A DNA stretch of 64,000 bases from Pedobacter sp. (GCA_050253415.1 JBFWJC010000002.1:224001-288000), one strand, 5' to 3'. Shown: positions 10,675 to 21,595, counted from the first letter of the stretch. Made by a program: numbers and translations. Notes: generated by a model from the letters alone, not told the origin.

Positions 10675-12543
10675 ATGCCTGAGCCAACAACGACAAACGA
10701 AACCTTGCCACTCATGATTATCAAGCAGGCCAAACTTAGTCCGTCGCGCCCCGCGTTACGGCATAAGGTTCAAGGCACCTATCTGGATATTTCCTGGGGA
10801 CTGATGGCCACACAGATCCGCCGCTACGCATCGGCCCTGCTGGCCCTCGACCTGAAACCGGGCGAGCGGGTTGCCATCATGGCACCCAACTGTGCGCGCT
10901 GGGTGTATGCCGATCTAGGAATCATGGCTGCCGGCGGGGTGACTGTGCCTCTCTACCAGACCGAGAGTCTGGAGAATATTCTGCATATCCTGCGTGATTC
11001 CGGCAGCCGTTTCCTGTTCCTTTTTTCCCTGGTGGCCGCTCAGGATCTGGCAGAACGCCTGGACGAACTGCCGCAACTGGAGAAGGTGGTGCTTTTGGAG
11101 GGGCATCTGGAACATCGGCAGTTTGAGGACGTCACAATTTTTCTCTCCCGGGCCCGCGACAGCCACGACAAAAAACTTCAAAAAATCCTGGACAAGGGGC
11201 AGGGATCGGATATCGCCACCCTGATCTACACCTCGGGCACTACTGGGCCGTCTAAAGGAGTGATCCTCACTCATAACAATATCTTTGCCGCCATCCGGGG
11301 GGGAGTGTCGGCTTTCGATATCGGCCCCAATGACGTCTGTCTGTCCTTTCTTCCCCTGTCCCATGTCTTCGAGCGGGTCGACGGCTATTATTTGATGTTG
11401 CTCAGGCGTGCGGTTATCGCCTACGCCGAGAGCATCGACACCGTGCCTCTTAATCTGCGTGAAGCCTGTCCGACCCTGGTCATCGGCGTGCCGCGCCTGT
11501 TCGAAAAGATGCATGCCCGTATCATGGAGCAGGTCATGTCCGGCTCCTGGCTGAAAAGACAGGTGTTTTTCGGCGCCCTCAAGATCGGCCGGACCTTCGC
11601 CGCATCCAGGCAGAATGGTGCAAAGCCGGCCTTCTGGTTGCGGTGCGGAATGGCTCTGGCCCGCACGGTAGTGTTTGATCGGTTGCGCCAGCGCCTCGGA
11701 GGCCGCCTGGGCTTTTTCGTCTCGGGGGGCGCTCCCCTGATGCGCAACGTCGCCGAGTTTTTTCTCGCTGCCGGTATCCCGGTATATGAAGGTTACGGTC
11801 TTACTGAAACCGCTGGCGGAATCGCCGTCAACACCGTCGAGCACTTGCGGGTCGGTACCGTTGGCAAGCTGATGCCCGATACCCGTATTCGTATCGCCGA
11901 GGACAAAGAAATTCTGCTGCATGGCCCGAGCGTATTCCAGGGCTACTGGAACAATCCGGATGCGACTGCCGCAGCTTTGCAGGATGGTTGGCTAAAGACC
12001 GGCGACATAGGCGAACTTGACAAGGATGGCTATTTAAAAATCACTGATCGGAAAAAAGATATCATCGTCACCGCCGGCGGTAAAAATATCGCCCCGCAAA
12101 ACCTGGAAAATCGTTTCAAAAGTGACAGCCTGCTGACCGACGCCCTGGTCTACGGGGATGGCAAGCCGTATCTCACCGCCCTTCTGGTGCCTGACTTCGA
12201 AATTCTGGAGAGCTTCGCCAGGCGCAACAAGATCGATTTCCTCAACCATTGCGACCTGGTCACCCATCCGAGAATTCTCGATCTGGTGCGGGAACATATC
12301 GACACCCTGCAGGAAGACCTCCCTTCTTATAGCCGCATCAAGCGCTTCATCCTTATCTCGCGTGAATTTTCCAGCGAGGGTAACGAAATCACCCCGACCC
12401 TTAAGCTCAAACGCCATATTATCGCCAGCAACTTCCATCGTGTGCTTGAAGGCCTGTATCTGGCCGAGGATCACGGCATTCACGACAGCGGTTTCTGCAT
12501 TGTCGGCGAGCCGGATGAACCGCCACCGAACAAAGATGCCTGA
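10675..12543 (+). CDS. fadD: Long-chain fatty acid-CoA ligase
   Basis: IYTSGTTGPSKG, GYGLTE, GWLKTGD, DRKKD. Confidence 0.9.
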   Translation: MPEPTTTNETLPLMIIKQAKLSPSRPALRHKVQGTYLDISWGLMATQIRRYASALLALDLKPGERVAIMAPNCARWVYADLGIMAAGGVTVPLYQTESLENILHILRDSGSRFLFLFSLVAAQDLAERLDELPQLEKVVLLEGHLEHRQFEDVTIFLSRARDSHDKKLQKILDKGQGSDIATLIYTSGTTGPSKGVILTHNNIFAAIRGGVSAFDIGPNDVCLSFLPLSHVFERVDGYYLMLLRRAVIAYAESIDTVPLNLREACPTLVIGVPRLFEKMHARIMEQVMSGSWLKRQVFFGALKIGRTFAASRQNGAKPAFWLRCGMALARTVVFDRLRQRLGGRLGFFVSGGAPLMRNVAEFFLAAGIPVYEGYGLTETAGGIAVNTVEHLRVGTVGKLMPDTRIRIAEDKEILLHGPSVFQGYWNNPDATAAALQDGWLKTGDIGELDKDGYLKITDRKKDIIVTAGGKNIAPQNLENRFKSDSLLTDALVYGDGKPYLTALLVPDFEILESFARRNKIDFLNHCDLVTHPRILDLVREHIDTLQEDLPSYSRIKRFILISREFSSEGNEITPTLKLKRHIIASNFHRVLEGLYLAEDHGIHDSGFCIVGEPDEPPPNKDA

Positions 12544-12735
12544 AAATGATTTTTCTCTTTAGTTGTTTATCAGGTTTACACTATCATAAAACCTTCCCTT
12601 TAACCGGTTTTAGCGAAAGATTGCCCTATACCTCGCGCGGTTCTGTTCCTTATGAATCGGGCCGGTGAAAACTGTCATTCCGTTTGTTTGGTCAAACAGC
12701 ACCGTTTTGCCCTTCCCCGGGGCGTGGAGTCGCGT

Positions 12736-15489
12736 GTGACCCAGTCCAAAGACCCAAAAGACGCCATGGAAAATGTTTTCCAGCCGGAAACCTCCTCCGC
12801 CTGCAATGGTTCATCAACCGCCGCCGGGCTGTTCGATGAAATGGTCCACCTGATACCGGATCCGGTATTTTTTAAAAATATGGACGGTACGTACCGGCGT
12901 TGCAATGCCGCGTTTGAACGATTCCTTGGCAAGGAGTGCGCGGAAATCGTCGGTAAAACCGACCATAATCTATTTTTGCCTTCTATTGCTCATGTCAATC
13001 GCCATAACGATGCCCGTCTTTTGCAGGAAAATCTCCCTGTTCATAGGTACGATACCAGCATTGTCAGCGGGAACGGCAGACGGCGTGATGTCATTATCCA
13101 GATTGCACCCTTAACCATCAAAGGCGGGCCGACGGGGATCTTCGGTATCATCAAGGACATTACCGAACGCAGGCGTGCCGAAACCGCCCTGCGGGAGAGA
13201 AAGGATCTGCTGCACCGCATAACCGATAACATGCTTGATCTGGTAAGCGAAGCCGACGAGCATGGATTCTTCCGTTATCTGTCACCCAGCCACGAATCGG
13301 TTCTGGGGTTCGTTCCGGAAATGTTGGTCGGTACATGGCTGTACGATCTGATGCATCCGGACGACCTGGAGCGCATGCGGATTACTTTTCAAGTAACCCT
13401 GCCGGCGTTGAAAAGCGTACGGGCGGAGTTTCGTTATCGGCATGCCGACGGGCATTACATCTGGCTCGAAACCATAGCCAAATGCACTACGGACAAGCTC
13501 AACCGCATTAACGGCGCGGTGTTTGCCAGTCGCGATGTCACGGAGCGTATCCGTACCGAAAAAGCCCTGCGCAACAGCGAAGAGCATTTGCGGCGCATTA
13601 CCGACAATATGCCTGCCCTGGTCAGCACCGCCGATACAAAAGGTATTTTCACCTATCTCAGCCCTTCGCACCGGGGAATTCTGGGTTTTGATCCCGAGGC
13701 GCTGGTTGGTACCTGTCTCTGGAACTGGATGCACCCCGAAGATATGGAACGCATGCGGGAGGCTTTTCAGGTCACGTTGCCCGCCCAGAAAAAGGTGCGG
13801 GCCGAATTTCGCTACCGCCATGTCGATGGCCACTATATCTGGCTGGAAACGGTGGCCAAATGCACCACTGAGGGGTTGCGCGTCACCGGTTCGATCTTCG
13901 CCAGCCGCGACATCACCGAGCGCCGCCGTGCCGAGATTGCTTTGCGTGAGGTCAACCAGACCTTGCAGGCTACTTTTCACGCATCTCCCCTGGCCATTTT
14001 CGTCCTTGATCGGGAAGGGTGCATTCAGCTATGGAATCCGGCCTCGCAACACATGTTCGGCTGGACGGAAGAAGAGGTGCTGGGTAAATTCTACCCCCTT
14101 GCACCGGAGCATCGGGAGAATGAATTCAGGCAAAATTTGATCCGTATGAACCGGGGGGAGGAATTTCACGGCAAGGAGACCAAACGCTGTCGCAAGGACG
14201 GGACGCTGCTTGACATCAGTTTTTCCACCGCACCTTTATATGATCAGCATGGTGCAATTATCGGCACTGTCGGTATCCTGGCCGACATCAGTGAGCGTAA
14301 GCGTACGGAAGTCGCCCTGCGGGAGAGTGAAGAGCTTTTCAGGCAGATTTTCGAACAGAATGAAGATCCGTCCTTTCTACTCGATCCGGATACCCTGGCG
14401 ATCCTCGATGCCAATGCCGTGGCTGTCCGATTGTACGGTCACAGTAAAGAGACGCTGCGTGCCTGCGGGCTTGAGCTGCTCATGAGACCGCCGGTACTGG
14501 CAACTTTTTCCCAGCAGGTGGTCCAGGAACAGAGCATCCTGGCTGATGATGCGACCTGGAGCCACGTGTCGCCTCTCAGTACCATCGACAGTGTCGGCAA
14601 CGTCGTGATGGCCTCGTTTCGCGGGCGGTTACTGCGCTCCAGAGGTCAGATGTATCTTTACGGAATCTTCCGTGATATCACAGAAAAGCTGCGTATCCGC
14701 AAGGAGCGCAGCGAATTGCAGGCCAAATTGATTCAGGCCAACAAGATGACCGCCATCGGCACCCTGGCTTCGGGGATCGCGCATGAGATCAATAACCCGA
14801 ACAACTATCTGCTCGCAAACGCGCAGTATCTTGAAGGCGCCTGGCCCGATATACGCCATACCCTGCAGGACCATGCCGACCGCAATCCCGACCTGACCAT
14901 CGGCGGTCTGCCTGTTCAGGAAGCATTCAGGGATATCCCGCAGTTGCTGCAAAGCCTCATCGAGGGCTCCAGGCGCATCAAAAGTATCGTTACAAGTCTC
15001 AAGGACTTTTCCCGCCAGGACGATGAATCGATGCGCCGGCCTTTCGATATCAACCGGGTCATCAATGCCGCGCTGATCATCCTGGCCAATAAGATCAAGA
15101 AAAGCACGGACCATTTCAGCTGCAACCTGGCGGCAAATCTGCCGCAGATCGTAGGGCATTACCAGAAGATCGAACAGGTCATCATCAACTTGCTCATCAA
15201 CGCTCTGCAGTCCCTGCCGGATCGCCAGTCGGGGGTTTTCCTCAGCACGGCTCTGCAGGATTCGCCACGCAGCGTGGTCATCAAAATCCGCGACCAGGGC
15301 GTCGGTATTCCCGAGGACATCCGAAGTCGCATTCTCGATCCCTTTTTCACCACCAAACACAAAACCGGCGGCACCGGTCTCGGTTTGTCGATCTGCTACG
15401 CCATCCTCAACGATCATCAGGGCAGCATTGATTTCGATTCCGAAATCGGTGCCGGCACGACGGTCACCGTGACTCTGCCGGCCCTCTGA
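12736..15489 (+). CDS. Cytoplasmic multi-PAS sensor histidine kinase (NtrB-like); start uncertain (12652/12736/12766)
   Basis: Five PAS/PAC-like repeats; IAHEINNP H-box; N, G1 (DQGVG), F (PFFTTK) and G2 (GTGLGL) boxes; no TM. Confidence 0.92.
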   Translation: MTQSKDPKDAMENVFQPETSSACNGSSTAAGLFDEMVHLIPDPVFFKNMDGTYRRCNAAFERFLGKECAEIVGKTDHNLFLPSIAHVNRHNDARLLQENLPVHRYDTSIVSGNGRRRDVIIQIAPLTIKGGPTGIFGIIKDITERRRAETALRERKDLLHRITDNMLDLVSEADEHGFFRYLSPSHESVLGFVPEMLVGTWLYDLMHPDDLERMRITFQVTLPALKSVRAEFRYRHADGHYIWLETIAKCTTDKLNRINGAVFASRDVTERIRTEKALRNSEEHLRRITDNMPALVSTADTKGIFTYLSPSHRGILGFDPEALVGTCLWNWMHPEDMERMREAFQVTLPAQKKVRAEFRYRHVDGHYIWLETVAKCTTEGLRVTGSIFASRDITERRRAEIALREVNQTLQATFHASPLAIFVLDREGCIQLWNPASQHMFGWTEEEVLGKFYPLAPEHRENEFRQNLIRMNRGEEFHGKETKRCRKDGTLLDISFSTAPLYDQHGAIIGTVGILADISERKRTEVALRESEELFRQIFEQNEDPSFLLDPDTLAILDANAVAVRLYGHSKETLRACGLELLMRPPVLATFSQQVVQEQSILADDATWSHVSPLSTIDSVGNVVMASFRGRLLRSRGQMYLYGIFRDITEKLRIRKERSELQAKLIQANKMTAIGTLASGIAHEINNPNNYLLANAQYLEGAWPDIRHTLQDHADRNPDLTIGGLPVQEAFRDIPQLLQSLIEGSRRIKSIVTSLKDFSRQDDESMRRPFDINRVINAALIILANKIKKSTDHFSCNLAANLPQIVGHYQKIEQVIINLLINALQSLPDRQSGVFLSTALQDSPRSVVIKIRDQGVGIPEDIRSRILDPFFTTKHKTGGTGLGLSICYAILNDHQGSIDFDSEIGAGTTVTVTLPAL

Positions 15490-15511
15490 CATATTTCCGG
15501 AGACCGGGCAT

Positions 15512-15553
15512 TAAAAAATCCGGGAGGGGACTAGGAGGGTACCCCACCCGGAT
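15512..15553 (-). terminator. Intrinsic terminator of aor
   Basis: ATCCGGG-GGGG...CCCC-CCCGGAT stem followed by a T-run on the minus strand. Confidence 0.6.
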
Positions 15554-15650
15554 GCACAGGGTTTATCGCAGAAATCAACCCCGCTTCTTACAATGCATCG
15601 CAATGCCGTCTCTACCGGGGACATGCATCCGGTCTGTCTTTCGTCTTGGA

Positions 15651-17381
15651 TCAAAAATCCCAGAAGGCATCGATCTCTTCGGGCGTGAAATCCCATACCA
15701 CGTTGTGAGGCGGCAGGGGATCGTACTCGAAGAATTCGGGTAGGCGGTCGTCGGCGTTGCTGAATCCGGCTGCCAGATTGAAGGCGTGCTCAAGCTTGAG
15801 CACTGCTTTGCCCATCTCGATAAAGCCACCCGGGTCGATCTCGACTCCGAAGCGGGCGCTGAGCATATCGGTAAGGGCGGGAAAAGCTTCTTGCAGATCC
15901 AGAATCGGAAAGGCCACGAAGATGCACATGCCGGTGCTGTCCATGGCCGTGGTGGCGATCTGCAGGTTGCGGGAGAGTTCCACCTGACCGTCTTTCCGCA
16001 GCGGATCGACGAAACCGCCGCATTTAAGGATATTGGTGGCCACCGCGTAACCTGCCGTGTGGTCGGCACCCATGGTCGAGGTGGCGTAGGTGATACCGAT
16101 CCCCTTGACCGCACGGGGGTCGTAAGCCGGGATACTCTGATTCTTGACCACCGGTACCCGTGTCAGCCCGTAGGCTTCTCCGACCGACCCGGCGCCGTTG
16201 CCGACGATGTGGCCCAGGGCGGTGCCCCGGCCGACTTCTTCGCGCAGCAGGCGAATGGCCCCTTCGCCGTTGCCCCAGGGGATAACGCCGGCCTCCATGG
16301 CTACCCCTATGGTGACGACCCCCTCGATGGAATCGATGCCGATGTCGTCCATGATGTTGTCGCACTCGGCGATCTGGTCCAGATTATCGATCAGACAGTG
16401 CGCCCCCAGTCCCCAGATGGTTTCATATTCAAACCCCGAGGTCAGATAATTTTCCTCGGCATCGTTGTAGACCTGCGAGCACTGGATGATGCAACCGGCA
16501 TGGCAACCGTGCTTGGGGTGTCCGTTGCGGGAAACGATGATATCGTGCATGGTTTCGCCGGAGATCATGTCGTGTTTCTCGTATTGTCCGTAGCGGAAGT
16601 TTTTGGTCGGCAGGCCACCGGCCTCATTGAGGACATTGACCAGTACGTTGGTGCCGTAAGTGGGCAGACCCTGCCCCGTCACCGGATGATCCAGCACCGC
16701 TTTGGCGAAAGCGCGCGCCCCCTGTTTGAATTTGTCGTTATCGACGATCGGGACCTTGCCGGCGCCCTGACTGTCGACGGTGATGCACTTGATGCGCTTG
16801 GCACCCATAACCGCCCCCAGACCGCCGCGTCCATGGCTGCGAATCTTGTGATCCGGGTCCTTGACCGAAATATTGGCGGCGCGCATCCGTTTTTCGCCGG
16901 GCACGCCGATGGACATAACCCCGACCTTGTCGCCGTAACGTTTTTCCATGGCTTCGATAACGGCGAAATTCTGCATGCCGACGGTCTCGGTTTCTTCTTG
17001 GATCGTCACTCCATCCATGGTGACGTGCAGGTGATACCACTTATCCTGCTTGGGATGTCCTTCGATAATCATGGCCTTGATCCCCATGCGCGCGAATTGC
17101 TGGGCGGTGGTGCCTCCGGAATTCGATTCCTTGATGCCGTTGGTCAACGGACTTTTGCTGCCCAGCGACATGCGTCCCGAGTTGGCCGCCGGGGTGCCGG
17201 ACAACATCCCGGGGGCGAATACCAGCTTATTGTTCGGCCCCAGGGGATGACAGGTCGGCGGTACCTCGGCGGCCACCACGGTACTGGTCAATGCCCGCCC
17301 GCCTAAAGTCACCCACTCAGCCGGAACCGCCTCGGTTGTCACCGTCAGTTCCGTCATGTTCACCCGAATAATTTTATCCAT
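15651..17381 (-). CDS. aor: Tungsten-dependent aldehyde:ferredoxin oxidoreductase
   Basis: KSPLTNGIKESNSGG, GRGGLGAVMG, CHAGCIIQC, EYET, DRLPEFF; GGAGGG RBS. Confidence 0.93.
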   Translation of the reverse strand: MDKIIRVNMTELTVTTEAVPAEWVTLGGRALTSTVVAAEVPPTCHPLGPNNKLVFAPGMLSGTPAANSGRMSLGSKSPLTNGIKESNSGGTTAQQFARMGIKAMIIEGHPKQDKWYHLHVTMDGVTIQEETETVGMQNFAVIEAMEKRYGDKVGVMSIGVPGEKRMRAANISVKDPDHKIRSHGRGGLGAVMGAKRIKCITVDSQGAGKVPIVDNDKFKQGARAFAKAVLDHPVTGQGLPTYGTNVLVNVLNEAGGLPTKNFRYGQYEKHDMISGETMHDIIVSRNGHPKHGCHAGCIIQCSQVYNDAEENYLTSGFEYETIWGLGAHCLIDNLDQIAECDNIMDDIGIDSIEGVVTIGVAMEAGVIPWGNGEGAIRLLREEVGRGTALGHIVGNGAGSVGEAYGLTRVPVVKNQSIPAYDPRAVKGIGITYATSTMGADHTAGYAVATNILKCGGFVDPLRKDGQVELSRNLQIATTAMDSTGMCIFVAFPILDLQEAFPALTDMLSARFGVEIDPGGFIEMGKAVLKLEHAFNLAAGFSNADDRLPEFFEYDPLPPHNVVWDFTPEEIDAFWDF

Positions 17382-17468
17382 TTCAATTCTCTCCCTCCGT
17401 GTTGTGAGATTTTCGGGACCGGCGGCCTCCCCGACCATCCGCGTAACCCAAGTGCGGGCAGCAACTTG

Positions 17469-17484
17469 AGCAGGGTCTGTGCCA
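17469..17484 (-). promoter_or_regulatory. Sigma54 promoter of aor
   Basis: TGGCAC-AGACC-CTGCT on the minus strand; IHF-like site at 17514-17526. Confidence 0.7.
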
Positions 17485-17811
17485 GCAGGATGAGGGCAAG
17501 AAAAGTCGAATAAGTTCAATGTCTTGGGTGGGTTTTTGTGCGGTAGCGCTACGGGGTGGGGCTGCAATGTTACACGCGTGGCTTAACCCGGGTGCGAGGC
17601 GCCCCGCCTGCCTTGCCATCGACTCCAGGACTCTCCACGACATCGCTGCGTGCGGTAAGATCGTTGTCCGTTTCCCATTAAAATTCAAAGGCTTGGCGGA
17701 AGGGTGCAAGGGCAGACTCCTTGTGCAGGAAAAAGCAACGCATATTGCAGCCGCAGGCTGCCGCAAAAAAACCGCCCGCCTGTACCTTCCATCCCCGGTG
17801 TCGCCGGTCCC

Positions 17812-17827
17812 TGCAAGGTTTGTTGCA
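17812..17827. promoter_or_regulatory. Putative enhancer (UAS) TGCAA-N6-TTGCA
   Basis: Palindrome repeated at 23034 and 26624, upstream of other sigma54 promoters. Confidence 0.6.
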
Positions 17828-17996
17828 TTTGCAAGACCTCTTTACCCGCCTTTGCAACCTTGATCCCACCGCCTTCCCGCTTAAATCACTCCCCGCGTGA
17901 AGCCGTAGCACCGTTGCACCCCCACAGTCGCGAAAAACTTCTCGCAAACGATATAATTAATTGAAAATACGGTTACTTAGGCAGCGTATACGAGAC

Positions 17997-18012
17997 TGGC
18001 ACTTGGCTTGCT
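17997..18012 (+). promoter_or_regulatory. Sigma54 promoter of the buk operon
   Basis: TGGCAC-TTGGC-TTGCT, a consensus match; IHF-like TAATTAATTGAAA at 17954-17966. Confidence 0.85.
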
Positions 18013-18097
18013 CATAGAAGGTTTCCAACTTCCGGAAAATCCGGATGAGGGCTTGCCGAGTCGGGGCTCATTTCAACCAGCTGCAAAGGATAAAACC

Positions 18098-19183
18098 ATG
18101 TCAACACCAGGCAACTATCGGATTCTGGCCATCAACCCGGGGTCTACCTCGACCAAGGTGGCACTGTTTGAGAACAACACATTGCTGTTGCAGGACACCC
18201 TGCGTTACGACACCGACGAACTGGCCGCCTTCGCCCATGTGCCCGACCAGTATTCCTTCCGGCGCGACACGGTGCTGCGTTGGCTTGAAAACCACGGCAT
18301 CGGTATCGCCAGTCTGGACGCCGTGGTTGGGCGGGGCGGCCTTTTCAATCCCCTGGAAAGCGGTACCTATGCCGTCAATCAGGCGATGCTGGAGGAAATG
18401 CGTGCCATCGGCCCTCGGGAACATGCTTCGAACCTCGGTGTGCTGATTGCCGACGAAATCGCGGATCTCGCAGGTGTGACGGCCTATACCGTTGATCCGG
18501 TGACGGTCGACGAACTGGACGACCTCGCCCGGTATTCCGGCCTTGCCGAAATTGAACGGCACAGCATCGCCCATGCCCTGAATATTAAGGCGGTGGCACG
18601 TCGGGCCGCCGCCGAGCATTTTTCCGAGTATGGGGATCTCAATCTGATCATTGCGCATCTCGGCGGAGGCGTCTCCGTCACCGCCCATCGGCACGGTCGC
18701 ATGGTCGATGTCAGCGGCGCCCTCGACGCCGGACCTTTTTCTCCGGAGCGCAGCGGCACCTTGCCCCTGTTGGATGTGGTCGAACTCTGCTTCGGGGGTA
18801 CCTTCACCAAGGCGCAAATCAAGAAAAAGCTGATCGGGCAGGGGGGGCTGGTTTCCTACCTGGGAACCAATTCAGCTATCGAGGTCGGCCGGCGTATCGC
18901 CGGGGGGGATGCCAAAGCCCTGGCGGTGGCCCGGGCCATGGCTTACCAGATCGCCAAGGAAATCGGCGCCATGGCCACCGTGCTGAATGGCGAGGTGGAT
19001 GCCATCGTCCTGACCGGCGGGGTGGCGTACTGGAGCGAACTGGTCGAATGGATCCGCGAACGGGTCGGATTTATCGCCACGGTATGGACCTATCCCGGCG
19101 AGGACGAAATGCTCGCTCTTGCCGAGGGCGCCTTGCGCGTGCTGCGGGGAGAAGAGGCCGCCCGGCAGTACATCCCCCGCTGA
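18098..19183 (+). CDS. buk: Butyrate kinase
   Basis: ILAINPGSTSTK, VGRGG, HASNLG, HALNIK, GPFSPERSG, PGEDEM. Confidence 0.95.
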   Translation: MSTPGNYRILAINPGSTSTKVALFENNTLLLQDTLRYDTDELAAFAHVPDQYSFRRDTVLRWLENHGIGIASLDAVVGRGGLFNPLESGTYAVNQAMLEEMRAIGPREHASNLGVLIADEIADLAGVTAYTVDPVTVDELDDLARYSGLAEIERHSIAHALNIKAVARRAAAEHFSEYGDLNLIIAHLGGGVSVTAHRHGRMVDVSGALDAGPFSPERSGTLPLLDVVELCFGGTFTKAQIKKKLIGQGGLVSYLGTNSAIEVGRRIAGGDAKALAVARAMAYQIAKEIGAMATVLNGEVDAIVLTGGVAYWSELVEWIRERVGFIATVWTYPGEDEMLALAEGALRVLRGEEAARQYIPR

Positions 19184-19279
19184 AATTCCCGGCGCATCCC
19201 TGCCCGAGGGGATCTGTGATGAATCATTTCAGGTGAGTCAGTCAAACAATTCGGAGTGAAACAACAGGAGGGTTACATC

Positions 19280-19915
19280 ATGAAAACCGTACAAGCCATG
19301 CACATCGTCGATCCGCCAACCGCCGCGCCGATGGAGGTCCGCTGCGCCATCCCCGATGCGACGGGCAATCCCGCGCCCTTGGGCCTGTTCGGCTTCGGCC
19401 TGACCACCGTATTGGTCAATCTGCACATCGCAGGGCTGTTCCCTACCGACAGCATGATCCTGGCCATGGGGATCTTTTACGGCGGGCTCGCCCAGATCCT
19501 CGCCGGCATCATGGAATGGAAAAAGAACAACACCTTCGCCACCACGGTGTTTACCTCTTACGGCCTGTTCTGGCTGAGCTTCATCGGCCTGATGACATTC
19601 CCGCGGCTCGGTCTCGGCGAGGCTCCCGGGATGCCTTCCCTGGTAGCTTACCTGGTGGTATGGGGATCATTCACCCTTGCCATGTTCGTAGGCACGTTCC
19701 GGCTTAACCGGGCCCTGCAGCTCACCTTTGCCCTTGCTGTGGTGTTGTTTTTCGGACTGGCCATCGGCGATGCCTTGGGTAGTCACGCCATCAAGGTCGC
19801 CATCGGTTTTGAAGGGATCCTCTGCGGCCTGTGTGCCGCCTACACGGGACTGGCCCAGGTACTCAACGAGCTTTACGGCCGCATCATCCTGCCTCTCGGT
19901 CCCGTGCGCCGATAA
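19280..19915 (+). CDS. satP: Acetate uptake transporter (SatP/GPR1/FUN34/YaaH family)
   Basis: NPAPLGLFGFGLTT signature, YGGLAQ, SYGLFW. Confidence 0.93.
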   Translation: MKTVQAMHIVDPPTAAPMEVRCAIPDATGNPAPLGLFGFGLTTVLVNLHIAGLFPTDSMILAMGIFYGGLAQILAGIMEWKKNNTFATTVFTSYGLFWLSFIGLMTFPRLGLGEAPGMPSLVAYLVVWGSFTLAMFVGTFRLNRALQLTFALAVVLFFGLAIGDALGSHAIKVAIGFEGILCGLCAAYTGLAQVLNELYGRIILPLGPVRR

Positions 19916-19966
19916 GTTCGGGGTTCCATGCAGCCGGGGCATGTTCCAGAGAGGGCAAAACAGGTA

Positions 19967-20182
19967 ATGAACTTCTGCCGATTTTTCGATTCGAAGACCA
20001 AGACCATTATTGTCCTGGAAGGCTTGGCCGGAAGGCCCATTCAGGAAATTTGTCAGGAGTACAACATCCGGGAAGAGGAATACCGATGGTGGAGGAAGGT
20101 TTTTCTGCAGAACTCCCCCAAGGTATTCGACTGGGATTTTGAAGACCGCTGTATTGATGGTGGGATGCAGTCCAGGGGTTGA
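19967..20182 (+). CDS. Small HTH protein resembling IS3-family OrfA
   Basis: K..IVLEGL.G..I.EIC.EY.I......WR..F pattern; no OrfB or IRs. Confidence 0.55.
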   Translation: MNFCRFFDSKTKTIIVLEGLAGRPIQEICQEYNIREEEYRWWRKVFLQNSPKVFDWDFEDRCIDGGMQSRG

Positions 20183-20251
20183 CCTGGCCGCATCCATCTC
20201 CGCCATCCGGAGAGCGGACTTCCATGCGATCAAACACACAGGAGGAGAAAC

Positions 20252-21595
20252 ATGGCAAAAACGATCGACCAGATGGTCCGGGCCGCACAGTCAGCCCTGA
20301 AAACATTCAGCACTTTCAACCAGGAACAGGTGGATAAAATCACCGAGGCCATGTGTCAGGCCGGGGTGGCGGCCTCTACCATATTGGCCGAAATGGCTGT
20401 AGCGGAAACCGGGCTGGGCAAAGTGGAGGACAAAATCGTCAAGAACCACTTCGGCAGCCAGGTCGTCTACGACAACATGAAGGGCAAGAAATCCGTCGGC
20501 ATCCTGCAGGACGAGGGCGGCATCGTGGAAATCGCCGAGCCATTCGGCATCATTGCGGGCGTCACCCCGACCACCAACCCGACCGCCACCACCATGTTCA
20601 AATGCCTCTCCGCCATCAAAGGGCGCAATGTCATCATCCTCGCGTTTCACCCGCGGGCCCAGCAATGCAGCGCCGAAGCCGCCCGTGCCTTGCTGGAGGC
20701 GGCGGTGGACGCTGGCGCGCCGGCCGACTGCATCCAGTGGATCGAGGAACCGTCCGTCGAGGCGACCAACGCCCTGATGACCCATCCGGACATCAGCATG
20801 GTCATCGCCACCGGCGGCGGCGCCATGGTCAAGGCCGCCTACAGTTCCGGGCATCCGGCCCTCGGTGTCGGACCCGGCAACGTGCCGGTATATATCGAAA
20901 AAACCGCCAATCTGAACATGGCGGTCGGCGACATCATCGCTTCCAAGACCTTCGACTACGGCACCTTGTGTCTCACGGAACAGTCGGTGATTTTCGACGA
21001 TGCGGCAGTCGCCGCCCGGGCCCTGGCTTTGTTCGTGGAGAAGGGCGCCTATTTATGCTCCGTGGAGGAAAAAGCCCTGCTGGAAGAGATCATGTTCGAT
21101 AAGGCACGGGGCGTGGTCGCCGCCGCCGTGGTCGGCCAGTCGCCGCAGAAGATCGCCCAATTGGCCGGTTTCAGCGTGCCCGACGCAGTGAACCTGCTGT
21201 TGGTGCCGTTGACCGCCATCGGTTCGGAGGACTGGATGAGTCACGAAAAGCTATCCCCGGTGCTCGGCTGGTATATCGCGGATGGCAAGGACGACGCCAT
21301 CGACGCCGCAGTCCGGCAGCTCGAATTCGGCGGCGCCGGGCATACGGCGGTGGTCTTTTCCAACAACGAAGAGGTCCTCAGCGAATATGCCGTCAAGGTG
21401 CCGGCCGGCCGGGTGATCTTCAATCAGCCCTCCATGCACGGCGTGGTCGGCCTGTACAGCGCCATGACCCCGTCCTTTACCCTCGGTTGCGGAGCCCGTG
21501 GCGGCAACATCACCGCCGAGAACATTACCTTCAAGCACCTGCTGAATATCAAGCGGGCCGCCAGGCGTCTGGAACCGGAGCCAGCAGACCTGTAG
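20252..21595 (+). CDS. CoA-acylating aldehyde dehydrogenase (stand-alone AdhE N-domain type)
   Basis: PTTNPT, ATGG, GVGPGN, catalytic FDYGTLC, HEKLSP, SFTLGCG. Confidence 0.93.
   Translation: MAKTIDQMVRAAQSALKTFSTFNQEQVDKITEAMCQAGVAASTILAEMAVAETGLGKVEDKIVKNHFGSQVVYDNMKGKKSVGILQDEGGIVEIAEPFGIIAGVTPTTNPTATTMFKCLSAIKGRNVIILAFHPRAQQCSAEAARALLEAAVDAGAPADCIQWIEEPSVEATNALMTHPDISMVIATGGGAMVKAAYSSGHPALGVGPGNVPVYIEKTANLNMAVGDIIASKTFDYGTLCLTEQSVIFDDAAVAARALALFVEKGAYLCSVEEKALLEEIMFDKARGVVAAAVVGQSPQKIAQLAGFSVPDAVNLLLVPLTAIGSEDWMSHEKLSPVLGWYIADGKDDAIDAAVRQLEFGGAGHTAVVFSNNEEVLSEYAVKVPAGRVIFNQPSMHGVVGLYSAMTPSFTLGCGARGGNITAENITFKHLLNIKRAARRLEPEPADL

Noticed and set aside
19928..20250. Intact IS3 element
   Set aside because: No DDE OrfB, inverted repeats or target duplication.
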